Assembly: GCA_034669905.1 (NCBI GenBank)
Contig: JAXMOL010000047.1
Span: 1-63,819 of the forward strand
DNA length: 63,819 nt
Direction: 5' to 3'
Source: Candidatus Hydrogenedentota bacterium
GTDB lineage: Bacteria; Hydrogenedentota; Hydrogenedentia; Hydrogenedentales; JAEUWI01
This document shows positions 19,401 to 27,031 of the stretch, one piece after another. The notes beneath the pieces were generated by a model. That model saw only the letters and a list, made by a program, of their open reading frames with translations. It made no database searches and was not told where the DNA came from. Numbering within the stretch: the stretch's first letter is position 1; every line of letters begins with the position of its first letter. The position numbers and the translations under genes were made by a program.

Positions 19401-20627
19401 ATGCATCAGCCAGCCATTCAGTCACCCAACTTTGGTTTCCTCGCGGAACATGGTGCCCATCTGCTGGACTTCGCGGGGCGGGCGGAACGCTATGTGCTGG
19501 ATGACCCCAACACGACCCTCATTAAGCTGCGGCAATTGGCGGAAGAGCTGGCCGAATTGGCGGCGGCCTATTCCAACATCCATCCGGACCGTGAGGACGG
19601 GTTCAGTGACTTGCTGCGTAAGCTGAAGCGCAAGCATATTGTCTCCCGGGAAATCGCCGACATTTTTCACGGTATCCGTAAGGCGGGGAACGCGGCGGCC
19701 CATGAGGGGGCAGGGACCCGGCAGGAGGCGGTGGGACAGCTGAAGCTTGCACGCCGTCTCGCCGTATGGTTTCACCAGGCCTTTCGGGACCCCGATTTTC
19801 GCCCCGGCCCCTTTGTCTTGCCACCCACGCCGCCGAAGGTTTCGAAAGCGCTGAAGGCCGAGCTGGACCAACTCCGAAAGGCCCGTTGGGACAGCGAGCG
19901 TCGGGCCGATGAAACGGAAGACGCCCTGCGGAGGGCCGTCCGCGAGCAGGAGGCCGCCGAGGCCCGGGCCGCATCCATGTTTGCGGAGTTGGAAGCAGCC
20001 CTGGAGCTGGCGGAGGAGACGGAAGCCCGCCAGGCGGAACTTATGGCGGCCCACCGTGCCCGCGTGGAGGCCCTGCAGACCCAGGCCGCTGCGGCTTCGT
20101 CGGAGGAACAAGACGCCACCCGGGCACAGGCCCAGGCGGCGACGGACCGATTCGACCTGACCGAAGGGGAGGCCCGGGAATGTATCGACGCCCAATTGCG
20201 CGCCCGGGGTTGGGAAGCTGATTCCATCGTCCGCACCTGGGAGAATGGGGCACGGCCCCAGGCAGGACGCAACCAGGCCATCGCTTTCTGTCCGACGGGC
20301 TCGGGCTATGCCGACTATGTGCTCTTCCTGGGGGAGACCGTCGCCGCGATTATTGAGGCAAAGCGCCGCAACATCGATCTGCGCCAGGCGCTCGATGACG
20401 CCGCGTCCTACAGCGCCGGCTACGAGATTCAGGCGGATGAAGTGTTGCCGGAGGCGTCGGGTGCCTATCGGGTGCCCGTGCTCTTTGCAAGCAATGGACG
20501 TCCCTTCGTCGGGGAAGATGATGTGCTCCACGGCGTGTGGTATCGGGACCTGCGTAGCACCGTACCGGCCTGCGCGCAGGAGCGGTGGCCCACGCCCCAG
20601 GAATTGGCCGCGCTACTGCGACGGTGA
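19401..20627 (+). CDS. Type I restriction HsdR N-terminal region only (DUF4145-like + coiled coil + nuclease), no helicase motor
   Basis: SPNFGFL start, IRKAGNAAAH, IDAQLRARGWEAD, ADYVLF...IIEAKR, FASNGRPF; stops after 408 aa with no Walker A/DEAH. Confidence 0.8.
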   Translation: MHQPAIQSPNFGFLAEHGAHLLDFAGRAERYVLDDPNTTLIKLRQLAEELAELAAAYSNIHPDREDGFSDLLRKLKRKHIVSREIADIFHGIRKAGNAAAHEGAGTRQEAVGQLKLARRLAVWFHQAFRDPDFRPGPFVLPPTPPKVSKALKAELDQLRKARWDSERRADETEDALRRAVREQEAAEARAASMFAELEAALELAEETEARQAELMAAHRARVEALQTQAAAASSEEQDATRAQAQAATDRFDLTEGEARECIDAQLRARGWEADSIVRTWENGARPQAGRNQAIAFCPTGSGYADYVLFLGETVAAIIEAKRRNIDLRQALDDAASYSAGYEIQADEVLPEASGAYRVPVLFASNGRPFVGEDDVLHGVWYRDLRSTVPACAQERWPTPQELAALLRR

Positions 20628-20834
20628 GATCGATACCGTGGGTGTGCTTTGTGGCGGGTAAGAAAACCCGCCCTTCTGCCCGACGTCGTTTGTCCGGAGT
20701 GCGGGGTTTCTCGCCCTGGCGAATCTTCGACCTACCCGCAGCGGGGAGGTCGTTGCCCCACAGGGCATCCCTTCCCTATACTGGTCGACTGTACACCCGT
20801 CGATTTCGAATTCGTCTAATCAGGAGTCCCTATT

Positions 20835-21908
20835 GTGAAGTTCCTTTCGTTCTTGCTTGCCTTGTTTGCCGTCGCCCCCCTGGTCCGTGCCGAGGAGGCG
20901 ACCCCGAACAGCCAGATTCTGACCTATCTCGAGCGCAACCTGGAAAGCGTCACCCCCAAGATGGGGTGGAAAGCCACCACGCCCGCCGAGCATGAAGCGT
21001 GGCGCGGGCCCTTCCGGGAAAAGCTGATGGAGCTCCTGGGGGAATGGCCCGAAGCGGTCACGCCCGATGTGCGCTGGGACGCTGACGAGGTGTTCGAGAC
21101 GGAGGCCTTTACCCGGCGCAAGGTCTACGTGCGCACCGAGGCCGATTACTGGGCGCCCGCCTATTACTACACCCCGAAGGGCGTGACGGGAAAACGTCCG
21201 GCCGTGATCTGTTTCCACGGACACAGCGGTATCCTGCCCTATATACGCGAGGGGTCCGATGCGCAGAAGGCCAAGGGAGAAAAGCACCACCTCGACTACG
21301 CGCCCTATTTTGCTGAGCATGGCTATGCCGTCCTGGCGGTAGTGCAGCGGGGTTGGAATGAAACGGCCCACAAGAAACCCCACAGCTGCGAACGCCTCAG
21401 CCGGGCGGGCTTCCTGGTAAACAAGACACCCATCGGCATGCGGGTCTGGGATGCCATGCGGCTCACCGATTTTCTCCTTGCCCAGCCGGAAGTGGATGGC
21501 GACCGCATTGCGAGCGCCGGACTTTCGGGCGGCGGGACCACGTCGCTCTTTTTCTCCGCGCTCGATGAGCGGGTGAAGGCCTCCCTGGTCGCGGGCTACT
21601 TTTGCACCTTCGAAGATTCCATTTACAGCATCCACCACTGCATCTGCAATACGGTTCCGGGCATCATGAACTGGGGGGAAATGAGCGATGTGGCCGCCCT
21701 CATCGCACCCCGTCCGGCCCTCATGATCAGTGGCACCGAGGACACGATTTTTCCCATCGAGGCCACCCGCAAAGCCTATGGGGAACTGGAGAAAACCTAC
21801 GGCGTGTTGGGTGTTCCCGGGAATCTCGACAGCGATTTTTTTGAGGGGGTTCATGAGTGGAGTAATGCCAAAACCCTGCCCTTCCTGAAGGAGCACTTCG
21901 GAGAATAA
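20835..21908 (+). CDS. Secreted alpha/beta hydrolase (dienelactone hydrolase/acetyl esterase-like)
   Basis: Signal peptide, HGH, GLSGGG nucleophile elbow, APRP, terminal Asp/His; RBS AGGAG. Confidence 0.85.
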   Translation: MKFLSFLLALFAVAPLVRAEEATPNSQILTYLERNLESVTPKMGWKATTPAEHEAWRGPFREKLMELLGEWPEAVTPDVRWDADEVFETEAFTRRKVYVRTEADYWAPAYYYTPKGVTGKRPAVICFHGHSGILPYIREGSDAQKAKGEKHHLDYAPYFAEHGYAVLAVVQRGWNETAHKKPHSCERLSRAGFLVNKTPIGMRVWDAMRLTDFLLAQPEVDGDRIASAGLSGGGTTSLFFSALDERVKASLVAGYFCTFEDSIYSIHHCICNTVPGIMNWGEMSDVAALIAPRPALMISGTEDTIFPIEATRKAYGELEKTYGVLGVPGNLDSDFFEGVHEWSNAKTLPFLKEHFGE

Positions 21909-21915
21909 GCCCATC

Positions 21916-23163
21916 ATGTGCACCCCATCACGACTTCGCTTCCTGTGCCTGAGTCTCTTAATGTGTCTGGCAACGGCGGGGGCGACGGCCGTGCCACCAA
22001 CGCCAGCGCCCCAAACCCAGTCCACCCTTCCCGATATGTTGTCGATGACCTGGTCCGCAGGGCCGCCCCTGCCCCAGGGGATGCAGGATAACTATGTGGG
22101 CCTGGTGGATGGGTGGCTGGTGAACGTGCTGGGCTTTTGTAGCGGGGCCGACGAAGACTGGAAGCCCGGGGTCTATCCCCGGGGTTTCCTGAATAAGGCC
22201 TGGGCGTTAAACGTGGATGACGCGTCGAAGGGGTGGGTCTCCCTGCCGGACTTTCCCGGGGTGCCCCGACAGGCCGGTCAGGGGGCCGTGGTCGGCGATT
22301 CCCTCTATCTCTGGGGCGGCTTCAGCTACGACGCCCCCTTTACCTACGCCGACGGCTACCGTCTGTCTCGCGAGCAGGGCGTGTGGACCTGGTCGCCCTT
22401 GCCGCCGCTCCCGTCGCCCTCCTGTTGGGCCGGGAGCGCTGTGATTGGCAGCACCATCTACCTGGTAGGTGGGGCGGACTATGATGCCCAGCGTTTCTAT
22501 TGCGTCACGGATCGCACGGGCGAGATAGGGCGTTTCGGTGCGCGCCTCATCGCCTTTGATACGGAGCACCCGGCGCGGGGGTGGGTGGAAAAGACGCCCC
22601 TGCCCGGCGCGCCCCGGTGTCTTACGGGGGCCGCCGTCGTGAAGGGACAGCTCTACGTCGTGGGTGGGGTCAGCATGTTGGCGTCAGGGGCCTATACCAA
22701 CGTGGTGGACAACTGGCGCTATGACCCGAAGTCGGACGCCTGGGTCCGCCTGCGGGATCTGCCCCTTTCGGCTTCGGGATCCAGCTCGAGTTCCATTGTG
22801 TACAACGATCGCTACCTGCTGCTGCCGGCGGGCTATCAATATGGGGTGGTCTTGCGCGCCGACGGTACCGAGACACCGGCCTATGGCACGCCAGAAACGG
22901 TCAAGCGGACGTGGAAGCAGCACCCGAGCTTTGAGACGACCCACTACTATAATCACCACTATGTCTACGATACGGAGCAGGACCTGTTTGGTCGGGCGAC
23001 GTCGCTGCCCTTCGACGATGTGGCCAGCATTACGGTGGTGCGGGGGGATACGATGTATCTTTTTCCTGGGGAAACAGGGGGCTTCGCGTGGGAAGGGGAA
23101 TACTTTGGCCATCATCCGGAATTTGTATTGAAGGGAACGATCCGGCCCGTTTCGGTGCCGTAA
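21916..23163 (+). CDS. Secreted Kelch-repeat beta-propeller protein
   Basis: Signal peptide; repeated LYLWGG / IYLVGG / LYVVGG...W...LP Kelch motifs. Confidence 0.82.
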   Translation: MCTPSRLRFLCLSLLMCLATAGATAVPPTPAPQTQSTLPDMLSMTWSAGPPLPQGMQDNYVGLVDGWLVNVLGFCSGADEDWKPGVYPRGFLNKAWALNVDDASKGWVSLPDFPGVPRQAGQGAVVGDSLYLWGGFSYDAPFTYADGYRLSREQGVWTWSPLPPLPSPSCWAGSAVIGSTIYLVGGADYDAQRFYCVTDRTGEIGRFGARLIAFDTEHPARGWVEKTPLPGAPRCLTGAAVVKGQLYVVGGVSMLASGAYTNVVDNWRYDPKSDAWVRLRDLPLSASGSSSSSIVYNDRYLLLPAGYQYGVVLRADGTETPAYGTPETVKRTWKQHPSFETTHYYNHHYVYDTEQDLFGRATSLPFDDVASITVVRGDTMYLFPGETGGFAWEGEYFGHHPEFVLKGTIRPVSVP

Positions 23164-23172
23164 ATAGAAGAA

Positions 23173-23205
23173 GGCCCGGTGCCTCGTTGCGAGAGACACC
23201 GGGCC
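23173..23205. terminator. Hairpin between convergent genes, possible terminator
   Basis: GGCCCGGTG...CACCGGGCC stem. Confidence 0.55.
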
Positions 23206-23213
23206 GGAATCAC

Positions 23214-23368
23214 CTAAATGCGGTCCACCAGGATCAGGTTGATGAAAAGCATCACCACCCGACCAGGCCTGCCCCGGGTCAATACCCCGGAGAGCGACAT
23301 TGGAGCCAGGCAGGCAGGGCGCCCAAGGGGATTGGAATCAACACTACAGCTAAGATGCTTCCTGGCAT
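23214..23368 (-). pseudogene. DUF3309-like small membrane protein pseudogene
   Basis: RBS GGAGGAGG; MPGSILAVVLIPIPLGALPAWLQCRSPGY*PGAGL then frameshift to VVMLFINLILVDRI*; in-frame TGA at 23281-23279; resembles the DUF3309 pattern GALPxWxxSRxWGYxPxGGLG...GRI (recalled, not searched). Confidence 0.7.
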
Positions 23369-23474
23369 GCGTCTTCCTCCTCCCTGGCGACTGTGCGGCG
23401 GGTCCGTGTCAGCACCTCGCCCCACGTACGCGCTGCGCCTGAGAGGCCGCGGTTACCGGCGATGACGAAGTGAC

Positions 23475-23678
23475 TTATTGGTCCGTAGCGTCTTCGACCG
23501 CGTCCGCCGCTTCTTCTACCGCATCTTCCGCCGCATCGGCGGCGTCGTCTACGGCATCACCCATTTCTTCGCCGACTTCTTCAATTTTTTCACCGGTAGT
23601 TTCGGGTTTCGGGTCGCAGCCTGCGCCAAACAGTACCAGTCCAAATACGCTCAGCATGATGGTCAACAGCTTTTTCAT
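23475..23678 (-). CDS. Small acidic lipoprotein
   Basis: MKK + hydrophobic stretch + GAGC lipobox; Ala/Asp/Glu-rich repeats; RBS GGAG. Confidence 0.8.
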   Translation of the reverse strand: MKKLLTIMLSVFGLVLFGAGCDPKPETTGEKIEEVGEEMGDAVDDAADAAEDAVEEAADAVEDATDQ

Positions 23679-23721
23679 GGTCTTCGTCTCCTTTGTTCAC
23701 AGTGGTCTTACGTACAGTTTA

Positions 23722-23738
23722 CGCAATTCTGATGCCAT
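23722..23738 (-). promoter_or_regulatory. Putative sigma54 (-24/-12) promoter
   Basis: Minus strand TGGCATC-AGAA-TTGC about 45 nt upstream of the lipoprotein gene. Confidence 0.7.
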
Positions 23739-23884
23739 GGCCTGAATTGGCCGTAGCATAGTAACAATAGCGCCTAGTTAGCGCAATAACAACATTATTT
23801 CCCCCCTGCATTGCACGTCCATCCTATGGAGTCGACCGGGGCGGGTGCCGGGTGGCTTCAGGGGGCCGAAAAGCGAGCCCATTC

Positions 23885-25561
23885 CTATCGCCGTTGCCCG
23901 TAGATATCGTTCCACACAATGGTAATCACGAGCGATCCCCCAATCACCAGGGCAAAGGCCAGGAGCACAATCGCGAGGCCCGGATAGCCCAAGAGCGTAA
24001 AGGAAGACTCGATATTCATCATCAACGCGGCGCCGATGATCATGGCGGCCAGTACCAGGCCGACGGTAATGCGGTTGGCCACCTTCTCGAAGCCGTGCAT
24101 AAGCCGATCTTCATCGAGGGCGTCGATGTTGATTCGAAACTGATTTTCGGTGAGCAGATCGAGCAGCTGATTCAGGCGCCTGGGCAGCCGTTCCACCACC
24201 TCCTTCATCTCCGCCGCCTGTTTCAGAAGCTGGGTGGGCCGAACAGCGTCAAAGACGTTGCCGCGCATCACCTTGGTCGCATGCTTTCGGATGGCCCTCT
24301 GGGGGTCAAAGTCATCGGCCAGCACGTCACCGATGGCCTCCAGATTGAGGATGGTTTTCCCCAGAAAACGGAGTTCCCGGGCAAGGCGGACGCCGTTTTC
24401 CGCCGCGGCCTTTTGCATCATGAGGAAGATAGCGCCAAACTTTTGCTCGCCCATACCCGCCGTACGCACATCCAGCGCCAACGTGGAAAAAGCGGCGGTG
24501 AAGCCCGCGTGATCAAAGTCGGGTTTTCGTGTGCTGAGATCCAGGGCATAGCCTGCCGCTTCTTCGCCGAGTCCTTCGCTGAGGGCCAGGAGCAGTTTCA
24601 GCAGGGTCGCTGATGCCGTCGGCGTGATCTGGCATATCATCCCCATATCGATAAGGGCCAGGTGTTCCCGGTCTTCCGTGAGAAAGACATTGCCGGGGTG
24701 GGGGTCAGCGTGAAAAAAACCATGGACCAGGATCTGGTCAAGATACGCGTGAAAAAGCTCGGAGACCAGGGTGTCCCCCTGAAGCTCGCACTGGGCCAGG
24801 GGGCCGATGGCCGTGATCTTGCGCCCGCGGACGTAATCCATGGTGAGCACCCGGGTGGTCGTGTAGTCATCCACGGGCAGGGGCACGACCAGGTGCGGGT
24901 GGTCGGCCAGGTTTTCTGCCATGGTCTTCAGGCTGCCGGCTTCCTCCCGGTAGTCTAATTCCCGCAGGATGCTGGTCCGAAGATCTTCCAGGAGCCCCGA
25001 GAACTCATACTTGGCCCCCACGTGGGTATGGGTGTCGAGAAACGCTGCCAGGGGTGCCATGGCCTCAAAGTCGTGGGTGATTTCTTCCTCGATACCGGGG
25101 CGTTGCACTTTTACGGCCACGACCCGCCCACTGGGTAAGGTGGCACGGTGTACCTGCCCCAGCGACGCGGAGGCGAGCGGCCCTTCTTCAAAGTGGGCAA
25201 AGGCTTTCTTGATCCGGGTGCCCAGTTCCTCCTCCACGATGCGCTCCACCTCGGCATAGGGGAAGGGGGCAACGCTATCCTGCAGGCGGCTCAAGGCTTC
25301 CAGGTATTCGATGGGCAGCATATCCGCCCGGGTGGAGAGGAGTTGTCCCAGTTTCACAAAGGTTGGCCCCATTTTCTCCAGGTCGGCGGCCAGATCTTCG
25401 GCCCGCGCCCGGGTGGTGTCGGGCACATCGTCGTCCTTCAGGTAATTGGTAAGGCCGATACGTTCTGCCAAGTCGGGCTCGCCGTGCTTTACCAGCAGCC
25501 GGGCGAAGTCCCGATAACGTTTAAAATAGGCGGGATTCAAGGTTTTCAAGGGGCGTTTCAT
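23885..25561 (-). CDS. ABC1/UbiB (AarF) family atypical kinase
   Basis: GPTFVKLGQ, ASASLGQVH, VAVKVQRPG, FFHADPHPGN, IDMGM. Confidence 0.93.
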   Translation of the reverse strand: MKRPLKTLNPAYFKRYRDFARLLVKHGEPDLAERIGLTNYLKDDDVPDTTRARAEDLAADLEKMGPTFVKLGQLLSTRADMLPIEYLEALSRLQDSVAPFPYAEVERIVEEELGTRIKKAFAHFEEGPLASASLGQVHRATLPSGRVVAVKVQRPGIEEEITHDFEAMAPLAAFLDTHTHVGAKYEFSGLLEDLRTSILRELDYREEAGSLKTMAENLADHPHLVVPLPVDDYTTTRVLTMDYVRGRKITAIGPLAQCELQGDTLVSELFHAYLDQILVHGFFHADPHPGNVFLTEDREHLALIDMGMICQITPTASATLLKLLLALSEGLGEEAAGYALDLSTRKPDFDHAGFTAAFSTLALDVRTAGMGEQKFGAIFLMMQKAAAENGVRLARELRFLGKTILNLEAIGDVLADDFDPQRAIRKHATKVMRGNVFDAVRPTQLLKQAAEMKEVVERLPRRLNQLLDLLTENQFRINIDALDEDRLMHGFEKVANRITVGLVLAAMIIGAALMMNIESSFTLLGYPGLAIVLLAFALVIGGSLVITIVWNDIYGQRR

Positions 25562-25688
25562 AGGTCACGTTCTCCCATACCGTTGCTTCGTTGGCCGCGC
25601 CGTCTGCCTGCGCCTCCATCATGCCTTCCCGAAATGGGAAGCATGTGCCCAGGGCACGGCGGCCTGTCCACGGGGGACAGCAGGGAAG

Positions 25689-25705
25689 TGCAAGCATCGT
25701 GCCAG
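25689..25705 (-). promoter_or_regulatory. Putative sigma54 (-24/-12) promoter
   Basis: Minus strand CTGGCACG-ATGC-TTGCA, a consensus match, upstream of the ABC1 kinase. Confidence 0.78.
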
Positions 25706-25829
25706 CCCGGGCGCACCAACGGAGTGGGATCCTGTGTAAAAACGTTACGCTCCGACGGCCTGTGACGGACGGGGCGGGCCGCGGTGCGTGGTAACTATAC
25801 ACGTGCCGCGGGTCATTCGGGGGCGGGAG

Positions 25830-26951
25830 CTATTCGATTTTCGCCCAATGGATGCCCGTGGAATCGGTTTCGGAACCCGCGTAGTAGACGAGAAGGCCTC
25901 CGCCCCCCGGAAGGGGGGCCACATTGGGCAGGCCCACGGAGAAGGCGTACATTTCGGCCCAGGCATCTTGCATGGAAGTCTTTTTCTCGGTCTGGCTGCC
26001 TTCGGCGCTATCGTAGACGACAATAGTGTCCGCTTCCGGCCAGGTTTCTCCATTGTCTTCGCTGCGGCGCACGGTGATTTTCGGCGGGCCGCTCCGATCC
26101 ACCACGGGCATGGCCAGTTCACCATCTTCCAGGGCGAAGACCGGCCCGGGTTGTCCGGCGACTCCGGTGTCCCGCAAGGGGCTCCAGGTGCGGCCCCGAT
26201 CCAGGGAGTGGCAGGTGTGGATGTTCAGGTAGTCTGCCGCTTCCCGGTCATAGGTCCAGAAGACATCCATGAGACGCCCATCGGGCAGGAGAGAGAGGCG
26301 TTGGTCCCAGTAGAAGACACGGTTGCTCGGGTCCCGGGTCACCACGCTGTGTCGGGGCCAGGTCTTTCCGCCGTCGGTGGAAAAGAGGACGACGGAAGCG
26401 TGGTGCCACGGGGCGGTGTCGTCATAGTGTTTGTTGAGCTCAATCTGGCAGGCCAGTTCGTCATCAGGAAAGCGGACCACCGAGCCGGTGAGGGGGGTGG
26501 GCACGTCGAAGGGGGCGAGGTCGGCGAGTTCTGGTGTCGACCAGGTGGCGCCATCGTCTTCGGAAACCGAAAGGAATACGCGGGTATCCAGGAGGCCTTC
26601 CGTTTCCTCGTTGAAATAGGGGCGCTCGGGTTGGCTTTGATCCACCCAGTTGATGGTCGCGAGGAGGCGTCCCTCGTGGAGGCGGGTCAAACCCGCAAAG
26701 CGGAATGACCCGGGGCGTCCGTCGAGGGTGGGCGCGCGGAAGGGGGCGATAGGTTCCTGCCAGGTGGCCCCGCAGTCATCGGACCACGTAATCAGCACCG
26801 TTTGCGCTGAGCAGGGTACCTTTTGCGGGGCACCGCGAAAGGCACAGAGCCATCGGCCACTCCGTGAAACGCACGCCAGTGGGAAGGTGGCGCTGGCCCA
26901 GGGGCCGTGGGAGGTGTCGAAAAAGAGGGTGCCTTGATCATCGATTTGCAT
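25830..26951 (-). CDS. BNR/Asp-box repeat (sialidase-like) protein
   Basis: Asp boxes SDDCGATW, SEDDGATW, STDGGKTW, SLDRGRTW, SEDNGETW. Confidence 0.85.
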   Translation of the reverse strand: MQIDDQGTLFFDTSHGPWASATFPLACVSRSGRWLCAFRGAPQKVPCSAQTVLITWSDDCGATWQEPIAPFRAPTLDGRPGSFRFAGLTRLHEGRLLATINWVDQSQPERPYFNEETEGLLDTRVFLSVSEDDGATWSTPELADLAPFDVPTPLTGSVVRFPDDELACQIELNKHYDDTAPWHHASVVLFSTDGGKTWPRHSVVTRDPSNRVFYWDQRLSLLPDGRLMDVFWTYDREAADYLNIHTCHSLDRGRTWSPLRDTGVAGQPGPVFALEDGELAMPVVDRSGPPKITVRRSEDNGETWPEADTIVVYDSAEGSQTEKKTSMQDAWAEMYAFSVGLPNVAPLPGGGGLLVYYAGSETDSTGIHWAKIE

Positions 26952-27031
26952 GGCGTGTCCGTCCCGGAGTGGTTGATGGCGGGGGCTGATCCCCGTCTTG
27001 CCCCAGCATAGCGCGGCGCCCGGGGCGCTCG

